Shown: positions 26,576 to 36,618, numbered from the stretch's first letter. The stretch is DNA of 51,458 bases from an uncultured Dehalococcoidales bacterium (GCA_964396535.1 CAYNFT010000002.1:1-51458), one strand, 5' to 3'. The notes: generated by a model not told the origin, from the letters alone. Made by a program: numbers and translations.

Positions 26576-27136
26576 TCACATAGTCGGGTTACTGAGTTTA
26601 ACAGCCGTGCCGTAGGCTAAAAACTCAGCAGCACTACCGATGACACTGGTAGTCATGAAACGGACGTTAATAATTGCGTCAGCCCCCAACTCCTCAGCCT
26701 GGGCTATCATTCGATTAGCAGCCACTTCACGGGCCCGCCCCATCATCTCCGTGTACTCAATCAGCTCGCCACCAAGAATCAGACGCACTATAGCAGAGAG
26801 GTCTCTTCCGACCCAGATAGCAAAGATAGTGTGCCCCTGAACCAAACCCAAAATCTCGGTAACCTCTCGCCCCGGGACTTCTGTAGAATTCTGGAGCACC
26901 ACCTGAGAACGGGACTCACCGGTCGGGAGTTCCTCTCCCCGGGCTCTGCCCTGCCGCTGTTCTATGGCTATTGTCAGTAAGACCAGCAGAATACCACCTA
27001 TCACCCCAAAAAGCGCAATCTTGAACCACAGGGGCAAACCCGGATAGTTATAGATGTACCATGGCATCCCGGCAAAGATTAGGGTGAACAGCCCAAGTAC
27101 GACGGCTGTAGAACCGACCAGACGAAGTATCTTCAT
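26576..27136 (-). CDS. YbjQ/UPF0145-family protein with two N-terminal TM helices
   Basis: 186 aa. The C-terminal ~105 aa match the UPF0145 pattern (GLVQG...RLILGGELIEYTEMMGRAREVAANRMIAQAEELGADAIINVRF...AYGTAVKL). The N-terminus is hydrophobic (VVLGLFTLIFAG..., IALFGVIGGILLVLLTIAI). Confidence 0.75.
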   Translation of the reverse strand: MKILRLVGSTAVVLGLFTLIFAGMPWYIYNYPGLPLWFKIALFGVIGGILLVLLTIAIEQRQGRARGEELPTGESRSQVVLQNSTEVPGREVTEILGLVQGHTIFAIWVGRDLSAIVRLILGGELIEYTEMMGRAREVAANRMIAQAEELGADAIINVRFMTTSVIGSAAEFLAYGTAVKLSNPTM

Positions 27137-27259
27137 AATCCCTCCTTTTGCAATTATTAAGAATCACAACCTAAAATGCCAGTGAACAACTAAATTTCCA
27201 ATTATCTGGCATAATATAATACGCAGACGAGCCCTGTCAACAAAAGGAGAGGAATATCA

Positions 27260-27282
27260 AAAGAGGGGCAATGCCCCTCTTT
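27260..27282 (-). terminator. isolated M2-type hairpin (copy R8), probable terminator of the lipoprotein gene
   Basis: AAAGAGGGGC-aat-GCCCCTCTTT. On the minus strand the 3' arm runs into TTTT. Confidence 0.5.
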
Positions 27283-27366
27283 AAGTTCTATGGTTGGTTT
27301 TTAGAGCTAAATAAGTTTAGGCTAGCTAACCGCCTATCTTAGACTTTCCTCCAATTGAGCTTCTGG

Positions 27367-28338
27367 TTATGGCTCAAAAGTTTCCATCAGCTCCTCTATC
27401 TCTGATAGAGTTATAGCATAGTTTATGATTACCCAAGAATCGGCAATCTCCACTTCTATCTTATCCAGCAGCTCCTTTATCTGCTGGTCCGGGCTCATAG
27501 CTCCGAAGAAGCCTATGGTACTGCTGAGGGTATCCCCAGCATCCTCAGCAGATTCTGCACTCAGGAAATGCAAGTCTATCCGGGCGGTTATCGTCTCCAT
27601 CTCTTTGCCGAGAGCAAAGCCAACTGTTTCGACATCGGCAAAAGACTCCATAGATATCGGCATGTCACCCGGCATAGGCTCTTCAGTTATTGATTCTCTG
27701 GTCTCTTCGGGGACTTTCAAAGCAAGCTTAATTAGCGCATCACCGAACCGATTATAGGTATCAAGTACTACGCCGCTAGCCCCCGCCTTCTCGCCTTTAC
27801 TGACATCAATGGCATCCTTGACCGCTTGCGTCGTGCCGAGAAGAACCATCTCGTCACTTAAAAATGTAAAGGCAAATCCTTCATCCTGGTCTATGTATAA
27901 TTCATAACCCTTATAGTCGCTAACGGTGAAATCCAGCCCCCACTCTTCTTCGATTTGGTCAATAAGCTCGTTTTTATCGAAGGTCGCCTCAACAATAATC
28001 CCCAGATACTCTGCCTCCTCTATGGAGGTCATGTCGGCAAACACTACCGCCTCAGAAATATCGCGCGGGTCAATTCCTGTCTCCTCAATGACATTGTCCA
28101 GCGCCTCCTCGAATGTTTGAGGTTGCCCCTCTTCTATCTCGGCTCTGTTGTACGCATCTCTTAAATCTTGGTCATTCAGGATTTTACTCACCTGAATACT
28201 GACAATCATATTGGCATTCCGGGGTATAAGCTCCATAGCGGTTAGCTCTGGTGCCCCCCCACATCCTGCTGCCGTTATCAGCACAAGAACCAGTATTAGG
28301 AAACAAGAAAGTAACCTCTTCAAGCCCATAGCCTTCAC
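27367..28338 (-). CDS. acidic putative lipoprotein, unknown function
   Basis: 323 aa. The signal peptide MKAMGLKRLLSCFLILVLVLITAAGCGG has a lipobox-like AAGC. The mature part is very D/E-rich. Confidence 0.6.
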   Translation of the reverse strand: MKAMGLKRLLSCFLILVLVLITAAGCGGAPELTAMELIPRNANMIVSIQVSKILNDQDLRDAYNRAEIEEGQPQTFEEALDNVIEETGIDPRDISEAVVFADMTSIEEAEYLGIIVEATFDKNELIDQIEEEWGLDFTVSDYKGYELYIDQDEGFAFTFLSDEMVLLGTTQAVKDAIDVSKGEKAGASGVVLDTYNRFGDALIKLALKVPEETRESITEEPMPGDMPISMESFADVETVGFALGKEMETITARIDLHFLSAESAEDAGDTLSSTIGFFGAMSPDQQIKELLDKIEVEIADSWVIINYAITLSEIEELMETFEP

Positions 28339-28422
28339 CTCCCTTTCCGCCTATTTTGACCAGTATACCACGCAGACCAGCACTATTAGAAGAGTTGAGC
28401 CTGTTTTACTCTACCCCACCCC

Positions 28423-29034
28423 CTAAATTTTTATAACCCTATAAAGTTTATGCTTTTTTATGTATTCGGCTACTGGCTCGGGAACGAGATGGTCAATAGA
28501 TAGACCTTCAGCAACCCGCTTCCTGATTTCCGTGGCACCTATGTCTATCTCTGGCTTATCCAGAATTATCAAGCTCTGGGATAAGCCAGGGACAGCAGTT
28601 TCCAGGGAGTTCAGGTCCGGGAGTGAATAGCCTGGCCTAGGAACTGCCACCAGACGACACATCTGAATTATCCGGGATGGCTCCTTCCATCGGGAAAACT
28701 GGGCCAGACTATCCCAACCTACGATAAAAAATAGCTCGTTCTCAGCACCAAGCTTATCTCGCAACCCGGCAACAGTATCAACAGTATAGGAAGTACCAGC
28801 CCTGTCTATCTCTATATTGGACAGTTTGAAGAAAGGATAATCAGCAATGGCCAGGCATACCATCTGGACACGGTGCTCTGCGGCTGAAATGGAGCTATCT
28901 ACTTTTAGCGGTGTCTGAGCAGCAGGTACAAAAAGAACCTCAGCCAGTTCAAGCCGAGCTCTTGCTTCCTCAGCCACCATGATATGCCCCCTGTGCACAG
29001 GGTCAAAAGTTCCACCCAGCACGCCTATGTTCAA
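28423..29034 (-). CDS. nadD: nicotinate-nucleotide adenylyltransferase
   Basis: IGVLGGTFDPVHRGH is present. The start is set at TTG 29034 (GAGGAGG tcgaaa TTG); the tracked ORF extends to TTG 29088. Confidence 0.85.
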   Translation of the reverse strand: MNIGVLGGTFDPVHRGHIMVAEEARARLELAEVLFVPAAQTPLKVDSSISAAEHRVQMVCLAIADYPFFKLSNIEIDRAGTSYTVDTVAGLRDKLGAENELFFIVGWDSLAQFSRWKEPSRIIQMCRLVAVPRPGYSLPDLNSLETAVPGLSQSLIILDKPEIDIGATEIRKRVAEGLSIDHLVPEPVAEYIKKHKLYRVIKI

Positions 29035-29112
29035 TTTCGACCTCCTCAACATTGTTTCTCTACAGTGATTTAGCCAGACCCCGGACAACCTATTTTACTT
29101 TAAGAGCATCGA

Positions 29113-30387
29113 TCACCACTCCCACTCATAGTCGCCACAACGAACTTTATCTCCCGGTTTAATCCCGGCCTTTTCTAAAACCTTTTGAACTCCCAGTCTA
29201 CCCAGTTGCCTCTGGACCTGCTGACGTACCTCAGGGCTAGTCATATCCACTCTGGCAACAATACGTTCCAGCTCAGGTGCCTTCACAATAAAGGTATCCC
29301 CATCCTTATGCACACTGGGCCCAACATCCTTGGGCTGAGGACGAAAGACCCTTTTTTGAATCTTCTTGCCCTCTCCTCCCTCAGCATCAACCTGAGTAAG
29401 CATCTTCATAGCTTCAGCCATAAGCTCGGAAACGCCATCCCCCCTAGCTGCTGAAATAAAAAGAACACGAGTTCCGGCATCCTTAAAAGCATTTCCGATT
29501 TCAGCTAATTGAGCCTGCACCTGGGGTAAATCAATCTTGTTTATCACTACAAGCTGCGACTTTTGAGCTAACTCTAGCTCAAAAGCACTGAGTTCAGCAT
29601 TCACCCGAACCATATCTTCTACTGGGGATGCCGAGGCACCATCTATCATGTGAATTAGTATTTTAGTGCGCATAATATGACGTAGAAAATCGTGCCCCAG
29701 ACCTCGACCAAGATGGGCGCCATCAATTAGCCCTGGAATCTCCGCAATAACAAAACTCTTCAGTCCCACCTCAACTACGCCTAAAACAGGCTCGAGTGTA
29801 GTGAACGGATAGCTGGCTATTTTAGGCTTGGCTGCTGAAGCAGCAGCCAATAAAGTGGACTTACCTACATTGGGAAAACCAATAATGCCTACATCAGCAA
29901 TAAGTCTCATTTCCAATATCAGGGAGAGCTCCTCCCCAACCTCCCCCTTTTGTGCAATGCGTGGAGCTTGATTGGTCGACGAAGTAAAGCGTGTATTGCC
30001 CAGTCCTCCCCTACCACCCCTAGCTACCACTGCTTGCTGGCCGGCTTGAGCACAGTCTGCAACGAGAGCCTCATCACTGCTTCTCTCTTTATCCAAAACA
30101 ATGGTCCCCGCTGGAACCTTCAACACTAGGTCTTCCCCACTCTTACCATGCTTTTTCTTACCCTTACCGCCTTCACCCTTACTCGCCCGGTAAACCCTCT
30201 TTCGCTTGAACATACGCAGACTGGTGACACTCAGGTCAGCTAATATAACCACATTACCACCATCTCCACCATCTCCACCATCAGGGCCACCAAACGGAAC
30301 ATGTTTCTCCCGACGAAAACTTACCGCTCCATCCCCCCCATCCCCAGCTCTTATCACAATTTCTACTCTATCAAACACAATTAGCAT
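29113..30387 (-). CDS. obg: GTPase Obg/CgtA
   Basis: 424 aa with the glycine-rich Obg fold (GGDGGDGGNVV, GGRGGLGN), the G domain GFPNVGKSTLL and a C-terminal OCT-like domain. Confidence 0.9.
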   Translation of the reverse strand: MLIVFDRVEIVIRAGDGGDGAVSFRREKHVPFGGPDGGDGGDGGNVVILADLSVTSLRMFKRKRVYRASKGEGGKGKKKHGKSGEDLVLKVPAGTIVLDKERSSDEALVADCAQAGQQAVVARGGRGGLGNTRFTSSTNQAPRIAQKGEVGEELSLILEMRLIADVGIIGFPNVGKSTLLAAASAAKPKIASYPFTTLEPVLGVVEVGLKSFVIAEIPGLIDGAHLGRGLGHDFLRHIMRTKILIHMIDGASASPVEDMVRVNAELSAFELELAQKSQLVVINKIDLPQVQAQLAEIGNAFKDAGTRVLFISAARGDGVSELMAEAMKMLTQVDAEGGEGKKIQKRVFRPQPKDVGPSVHKDGDTFIVKAPELERIVARVDMTSPEVRQQVQRQLGRLGVQKVLEKAGIKPGDKVRCGDYEWEW

Positions 30388-30572
30388 CCCTTAGCTTTTT
30401 TTATTATCTGACAGTAGATATATACTATTATTAATAATACTAGCACGTATTGGTACAGGTTAAAATTGGAGGTGGGGGTAGGTAAGATTTGGTGAAGTTG
30501 AGGCTGCTTTGTTTGAGGTTATGAAACGGTTGCCAGGTCTGTTAAAAATTAGGTAGAAGTTGTCCAAAACTT

Positions 30573-31943
30573 TCACAGGTCTTGTTGGATGCCGTTCTTC
30601 AATGTGGAGTGGATTTCTTGTTGGATATCGAATATTTTGCGTCTTAAGGAAGGGTCGTTATTGATATCGCTGGCGATTTTTTGATAAGCATGGCTGACAG
30701 TTGCCGGGGTTCTGCCTCCTAACTCCTGACCGATTTCAGCCAGTGAGCAGTCGGTTTCCTGTCTGGTAAGATACATTGCTACATGCCGGGCTAGAGCGGT
30801 TATCTCGTCTCTTTTCCGACTTTTGAGGTCGGAGGGAGTTAGCTGGAAGCTGTTGACCACTGCTTCCATTATTAGGTGGGGTGAAGCAGGAGCAGTAGGA
30901 GACTCGTTTCCGGAGATATCCTTAAGTGCTTGAGCAGCTAACTCAGGGGTAATCATGGCTCTAATTAGCTTGGCGTAGGCAATAACCCGGTTTAGGGAAC
31001 CCTCCAGCGCTCTGATGCTTTGCTGAATCTGGAGGGCAATGAGTTCTAGGACGTCGGCAGTAATTTCTATTCCTTTTTGTTTAGCCTTGGCCTGTAGAAT
31101 AGCCAGGCGTGTTTCAAAATCGGGCGCTTGAATGTCAGTAACTAACCCCCATTCAAAACGAGACCGCAGTCGTCCTTGCAGGAAAGATATGGCTTTAGGG
31201 GGACGGTCGCTGGTAATAGCAATTTGATGGTTGGCGTTGTGAAGTTCATCGAAAGTATGGAAGAAATTTTCTTCTGTCTGCGTCTTGCCACTGAAAAACT
31301 GGACGTCATCGACCAGAAGCATATCAGCACTTCGGTATTTATTACGGAATTCATCGGATTTTTTCTCTCGGAGCGCCTTTATCATTTGGTTGGTGTACTC
31401 TTCAGCGCGAACGTACAGTACCTTAATGTTGCTGGCTAGGGCTCTATGACCGATAGCTTGTAAAAGATGTGTCTTGCCTAACCCTGCCCCGCCATAGATA
31501 AATAAGGGGTTGTAGCTATTTCCCGGGTTTTGAGCGACCCCTAGAGCGGCGGCATAGGCTAACTGATTGGAATTACCAACGATAAAAGAACCAAAGGTAT
31601 ACTTGGGATTAAACAATGGGAGGCTTGATTGTTGAACCGGGGCGGATTTCCCCCGGCTCCTGTAGCTTGGTAGTGTGCTTTGCTGGTCGGCATCTACCTG
31701 GAATTGTACCTGGACCTCTTGATGGGTAATGCCAGTGAGCACTTTTTCAATTAAGGAACGTTGATTCTTATCCAGGTATTCGGCAACGAAGGTGTTGGGA
31801 ACACCGATGACAAACTTACTATCTTGATAACCAAGCCCACTAGTCTTTGCCAGCCAGGTGCGGTAGTTTGGCTTATTGACTTGGATTTGCAACTCACCCA
31901 GGGCAGTGTCCCAGATTTGCTGCGCTGGCCTAGCTTCTATCAA
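30573..31943 (-). CDS. dnaA: chromosomal replication initiator protein DnaA
   Basis: 456 aa with the AAA+ motifs GGAGLGKTHLL and LLVDDVQF. The C-terminal domain IV reads LAEIGQELGGRTPATVSHAYQKI. Confidence 0.9.
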   Translation of the reverse strand: MIEARPAQQIWDTALGELQIQVNKPNYRTWLAKTSGLGYQDSKFVIGVPNTFVAEYLDKNQRSLIEKVLTGITHQEVQVQFQVDADQQSTLPSYRSRGKSAPVQQSSLPLFNPKYTFGSFIVGNSNQLAYAAALGVAQNPGNSYNPLFIYGGAGLGKTHLLQAIGHRALASNIKVLYVRAEEYTNQMIKALREKKSDEFRNKYRSADMLLVDDVQFFSGKTQTEENFFHTFDELHNANHQIAITSDRPPKAISFLQGRLRSRFEWGLVTDIQAPDFETRLAILQAKAKQKGIEITADVLELIALQIQQSIRALEGSLNRVIAYAKLIRAMITPELAAQALKDISGNESPTAPASPHLIMEAVVNSFQLTPSDLKSRKRDEITALARHVAMYLTRQETDCSLAEIGQELGGRTPATVSHAYQKIASDINNDPSLRRKIFDIQQEIHSTLKNGIQQDL

Positions 31944-32259
31944 ACTCTTCTCCCCTTAGTTTAACTCTTAAAGTTAACCCTCAAAAACTGAGGTACTATT
32001 TCGCCTTGGTTAGGGGTTGTAAGCCAATTTCGCAGGGACTGGAGACGAAATATTCAGGTAGAAACAGTTAAAATAATACCAGACCAGCATTCTTGGCTGG
32101 CAAGGTTTTTAATGGTGGTTGATGGCCAGTTTCAAAGGCTGTGTTCTCTTGCGAGGTCTGTCAGGCTTCCTTTTTTGCCTAATTCCCCACCGATAGGTAT
32201 GAAGTGTTAAGTTGTTATTAAAAATTTTCGATGATACAATTATTGGCGGGAGGTCTAGG

Positions 32260-33201
32260 TTGCGAGTTGTTTTTTTGGGCACCCCTGAATTCGCCGTTCC
32301 CTCTCTGGAGTGCCTTCTTTGCAATCAATATCAAGTGGTGGCTGTTTATACTCAGCCCGATAGGGCGGCGGGCAGAGGGCGCTCTCTCGTTTCTTCTCCA
32401 GTGAAGATGGCGGCGATGGAGTGGGGGTTGACAGTGGTGCAGCCGGTCAGTTTCAGGGAAGCTGAGGCGGTAGCACAACTGGCTAGCTTTCAGCCTGATG
32501 TTATCGTGGTGGCTGCCTTTGGCCAGATTCTACCACAGTCGGTCCTGGATATTCCTGCCCTCAGGTGTATTAATATTCACCCCTCTCTGCTACCCAAGCA
32601 CAGAGGGGCTTCGCCAGTGTCAGCGGCTATTCTGTCTGGAGATGAGTTTACTGGAGTTAGCATTATGCTGATGGACAAGGGACTAGATACCGGTCCTGTA
32701 TTAGCCCAGGCGCAGGTACCTATTTCGGCACAGGATACCACGGGCTCACTTACGGCAAAGTTATCATTGATAGCAGCGCAGTTGCTACTGGAAGTTTTAC
32801 CCCGTTGGACTAGGGGCGAAATTACTCCCAGACCTCAGAACGAGACTGAAGCTAGCTATTCCGGCGAGTTCTCAAAGAAAGACGGTGGGATTGACTGGCA
32901 TCTCCCGGCGATAGATATATGGCGGCGAGTACGTGCTTTCCACCCTTGGCCGGGGTGTTACACCGAGTGGCAGGGAAAGCATCTCAAGGTTATGGAGGCG
33001 GTACCTTTACCGGCAGAAAAGAAACTTGAGGTAGGGCGGGTAGTAGCTCTGAATAAAAAAGGCGTGGTATTTGGAGTGAACACTGGGGATGGGATTTTAG
33101 GTATCTTAGAGGTTCAGCTTGAGGGAAAACGCGCCATGTCTGCTGCCGAATTCCTGCGAGGGCAGAGGCAGTTAATCGGGGCGATATTGCCATCGAATTA
33201 A
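32260..33201 (+). CDS. fmt: methionyl-tRNA formyltransferase
   Basis: RVVFLGTPEFAVPSL and HPSLLPKHRGASP are present. The start is set at TTG 32260 (GGGAGG 7 nt upstream); the tracked ATG 32212 adds 16 atypical residues. Confidence 0.85.
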   Translation: MRVVFLGTPEFAVPSLECLLCNQYQVVAVYTQPDRAAGRGRSLVSSPVKMAAMEWGLTVVQPVSFREAEAVAQLASFQPDVIVVAAFGQILPQSVLDIPALRCINIHPSLLPKHRGASPVSAAILSGDEFTGVSIMLMDKGLDTGPVLAQAQVPISAQDTTGSLTAKLSLIAAQLLLEVLPRWTRGEITPRPQNETEASYSGEFSKKDGGIDWHLPAIDIWRRVRAFHPWPGCYTEWQGKHLKVMEAVPLPAEKKLEVGRVVALNKKGVVFGVNTGDGILGILEVQLEGKRAMSAAEFLRGQRQLIGAILPSN

Positions 33202-33223
33202 ATGATGTTGTAAGGAGGTTGTT

Positions 33224-34000
33224 TTGTCTTTACCGAAGAACCTGAACCGCTTTAAAACTCTGGTGGAAATTATCGCCAGGCTGCGGGCACCTGATGGCTG
33301 TCCCTGGGACAGAAAGCAGACCCATTCTTCCCTGCGGGAAAACCTGCTAGAGGAGTGCTACGAGTTGCTCGAGGCTCTGGATGAAGGTGATTCGGGCAAG
33401 ATTTGTGAAGAGCTGGGTGACCTGATGATGCAGGTCGTCCTTCACACCCAGATTGCCACTGAAGCCGAGGAATTTGAGCTTGGGGATGTGATGAATAGCA
33501 TTAATGCCAAGCTGATTCATCGGCACCCTCATATCTTTGGCTCGCAAAAGGTAAAGGATGCCGAGGAGGTGGCACATAACTGGGAAATTCTCAAGCAGGA
33601 AGAGCGTGGTACTGATACTTCGATACTGTCTAGCGTGCCCAAGCAGATGCCAGCCCTGGGTTACAGCCAGGAAATTCAGCGCCGGGTGGCGCAGCTTGGC
33701 TTTGACTGGGAAGATATTGAGGGTGTCATTGAAAAACTGGCTGAGGAGGTTGGTGAATTTAAGGAAAGCAATGAGGCAGAGAGGGCATGGGAGTTTGGTG
33801 ACCTGCTCTTTACTCTGGTCAATATTGCTCGACGGCTGGGAATTGACTCGGAGGCAGCGCTGAGGGAGGCGAACACTAGATTTTACCGCCGCTTCTCCTG
33901 TATGGAGGAGCTCTGCCGCCAGCGTGGGATAAACTTTGCCGACCTCTCCTTCGATGAGCAAAACGCCCTGTGGGAAGAGGCGAAGAGAGTTAAAGGATAA
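33224..34000 (+). CDS. mazG: nucleoside triphosphate pyrophosphohydrolase MazG
   Basis: 258 aa with tandem MazG domains (CPWDRKQTHSSLRENLLEECYELLEA..., EEVGEF...E.GDLLF). Confidence 0.85.
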   Translation: MSLPKNLNRFKTLVEIIARLRAPDGCPWDRKQTHSSLRENLLEECYELLEALDEGDSGKICEELGDLMMQVVLHTQIATEAEEFELGDVMNSINAKLIHRHPHIFGSQKVKDAEEVAHNWEILKQEERGTDTSILSSVPKQMPALGYSQEIQRRVAQLGFDWEDIEGVIEKLAEEVGEFKESNEAERAWEFGDLLFTLVNIARRLGIDSEAALREANTRFYRRFSCMEELCRQRGINFADLSFDEQNALWEEAKRVKG

Positions 34001-34076
34001 GAGGTTTTTGTAGGCGTATGGCATTATGTTATAATATTAAATTACCTTTGTTTGAAAGTCAGATGGGAGGTGTAAG

Positions 34077-34484
34077 ATGCCTGAAATCCTTTTAGAGCCG
34101 CGAGTCGTTGCTTTGTTAGTAGCTCAAGATGCGTTTCAAGATGACCGTAGTAGAACCCATGTACACGGGATTTTTGATAATATAACTGCTCCGAAGTTTC
34201 CAATAGTTATTAGCTTTATGGTATTTGTTGCCTTTAAAGGTACGAAACAAGGAACTTACCAAGCAATGATTAAGCTTCTTGATTCGCTAGGGAATATAGT
34301 AATTCAAACTGAACAAGTAACTTTTGAGGTAACTGAGTATAAGGGACATACATGGTTTGCAAATTTGGGCGTACGCTTTCCTACTCCTCAGATGTATAGA
34401 ATTGAACTGATTGTTGACGGAATTCCGCGGATCGAGGTGCCGCTAATGGTTCGCCAAGCGGAAATCACTCCCCCGCAAGCATGA
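34077..34484 (+). CDS. hypothetical protein (AT-rich, accessory)
   Basis: 135 aa. It has a GGGAGG RBS and an upstream TGTTATAAT extended -10. I recognise no family. Confidence 0.55.
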   Translation: MPEILLEPRVVALLVAQDAFQDDRSRTHVHGIFDNITAPKFPIVISFMVFVAFKGTKQGTYQAMIKLLDSLGNIVIQTEQVTFEVTEYKGHTWFANLGVRFPTPQMYRIELIVDGIPRIEVPLMVRQAEITPPQA

Positions 34485-34494
34485 GGGGGTTTTT
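34470..34494 (+). terminator. weak rho-independent terminator candidate
   Basis: CCCCC-gcaagcatga-GGGGG followed by TTTTT. The stop codon lies inside the loop. Confidence 0.4.
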
Positions 34495-34524
34495 GATGCT
34501 AGAAATAGGATTTAGAGGTGCAAA

Positions 34525-34773
34525 ATGTATGCAGTCATAGATATAGATTATGAACAGATAAGTTCACCAGCAAAATATATTTTCGTATATGACCCAAATT
34601 TCTTTAATGAACGAATACAAGAAGATGGCACACTTCAAGCTGGATTAGAGGATTTGTCGATATTACTTGAGTTTCTTGAAGATGAAGAAGATATACGAGA
34701 GGGATTGAAAGGTTTGGCTGAGGAGGAGGGCACTATAACCTGGGAGCAGTATCAGCACCAAAGGAAAGAATAG
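34525..34773 (+). CDS. putative antitoxin partner of the RelE/ParE toxin
   Basis: 82 aa, acidic, ending 10 nt before the toxin start. The call rests on position and size only. Confidence 0.5.
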   Translation: MYAVIDIDYEQISSPAKYIFVYDPNFFNERIQEDGTLQAGLEDLSILLEFLEDEEDIREGLKGLAEEEGTITWEQYQHQRKE

Positions 34774-34783
34774 AGGCTTCTAG

Positions 34784-35083
<300 letters not shown>

Positions 35084-35127
35084 GGAGCAGATAAATACTC
35101 CCTGCCCTGTGTAAAGACCATCCTCCC

Positions 35128-36259
35128 TTATCTCCAAGGGTCTACTTCTACCATGCTCTTCAGGCTAAAATCCCCGCCTGCTACGAAGTAAATCATACCT
35201 TCTCCAGCTATTATAATATTGATTTGTGAGGGAGAGCGAAACCGTTTTATCACAGTGTTGCCAGACATTGATAGACGCTCCCGTACAGCCTTCTGAGCCT
35301 GCTGACCTTCCTGAGTCGGAGGGGAAAGTTCAAGGTGCGGTATAGTGAAAGTCTGTACCATATCACTATCCAGCCATTCCTGAACTGTCATACTGCTATT
35401 CTCATAAACAAATTGCCTGAATTGCTCCTTGGTAGTAAAACCGAAGTCTTCCTCGAGCATTTTCGCAGAAAGAGGAGTCAGGAGCACCAGGGCACCACCT
35501 TCGGGTTCTGCATTATCCAGTACCTTCAGGGTGAAATCGGCCACGTTGTAGCCGCACCGCTGACGCAAGCCCCTTCCTTCCCATATGCTGACCACACTGT
35601 CTTCTCGGTTAAAGCCCTTCTCTACATGAAAAGGCTCCCAGGGTATCATAGGGTTATCCACATTCTCGGCAAAGGTCAGACTGTTGTACTGCAGGTTATT
35701 GCCCCAATCACCCATTATCGTGATACCAGGAATTGCGTAGCACAAACAGCGCCCCATCAGTTGCCAGGCCCGTCCAATAGTGGCGTTGGCATGATTGTAA
35801 GGACCCATACAGCCATATCCGGATTCCATACCTATCTCTTTTGCTATTGGTCCGTGAACGACTGCCGCACCGGTGAATGATTGTGCTGAGCTGAAATACG
35901 GGGGTCCTTTCGAGGCCAGACCAAGGAGTACCGGGAGATACTCAGGCTTACACCCCGCCATCACGGTGATAGTGGCAACCTTCTCCACGGTAATATTCTG
36001 TCCCTCACGCTGACCATTGTCTGTCATACCCATCCTGAAGGCTTCTGCCACTATCTCGTCAGGGCGATGGCTGGTTCCTGTCAACATCCTCTTAACATTT
36101 TCCTCCGTGGGAATTACTATTGGTAAGCCGTCAGTCATTTTGTTGTCGAGGAAGTACTGCTGTACTTCATCGTAGGTACCTGGCCATGGGGTTCAGTACA
36201 TTTGTGTAGACCCTTTCTTTCTCAGCGACTGTTGGATTGTAGGAGTTTTTTGATTTCAT
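35128..36259 (-). pseudogene. conserved-looking hypothetical gene with a single-nucleotide frameshift near 36187-36192
   Basis: The tracked ORF 35128-36138 (MTDGLPIVIPTEENV...) stays open upstream as TPWPGTYDEVQQYFLDNK. A well-initiated ORF (GGAGGAGAAAAG ATG at 36259: MKSKNSYNPTVAEKERVYTNVLNP...) runs into it in another frame at the run AACCCCATGG. Confidence 0.55.
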
Positions 36260-36289
36260 CTTTTCTCCTCCTTTTTGACTAAAATATAT

Positions 36290-36311
36290 GCCCCGCAGCT
36301 TGCTGCGGGGC
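36290..36311 (-). terminator. GC-rich hairpin terminator
   Basis: GCCCCGCAGC-tt-GCTGCGGGGC, a 10-bp perfect stem. On the minus strand it is followed by ATATATTTT. Confidence 0.6.
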
Positions 36312-36325
36312 ACCGCTGACCGGCC

Positions 36326-36595
36326 CTACTCAAACATTATCACATTGCGTAGTGCTTCTCCCTTTTCTGTAGACTCAATTGCCTCGTTAATGCGTTCCAG
36401 AGGATAGCGACCAGTGATAAGCTCATCCAACTTGAGGCGTCCCTCCCGGTAAAGCTCCACAAGATGGGGAATATCTATATTCAGCCGGGGTGACCCTCCG
36501 CCACAACTAGTAAGTACTCTCTCACCCCCAACGAAGTCAAACGCTGAAAAGCTTATACTCTCTTTGATTGGTACCAGGCCGATTATGACTGTCAC
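36326..36595 (-). pseudogene. C-terminal remnant of a zinc-type (MDR) alcohol dehydrogenase
   Basis: Only about 89 codons remain: VIIGLVP...FDFVGGERVLTSCGGGSPRLNIDIPHLVELYREGRLKLDELITGRYPLERINEAIESTEKGEALRNVIMFE. This matches the ADH C-terminal consensus. The catalytic and Rossmann domains are absent. Confidence 0.65.
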
Positions 36596-36598
36596 TAT

Positions 36599-36618
36599 TA
36601 AACGAACATCGGGATGTC
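36599..36618. repeat. direct repeat DR1 flanking the catalase segment
   Basis: TAAACGAACATCGGGATGTC, 19/20 identical to 38380-38399 in the same orientation. Confidence 0.8.

Noticed and set aside
33347-34024. Long antisense ORFs: 225 aa opposite mazG, 204 aa at 37402-38016 opposite catalase, 181 aa at 35335-35880, and many 60-145 aa ORFs opposite herA, secD, cca, nuo genes, gyrA and the radical SAM gene.
   Set aside because: Each lies entirely inside a gene with strong family motifs on the other strand. None has a recognisable motif or RBS, so these are shadow ORFs.
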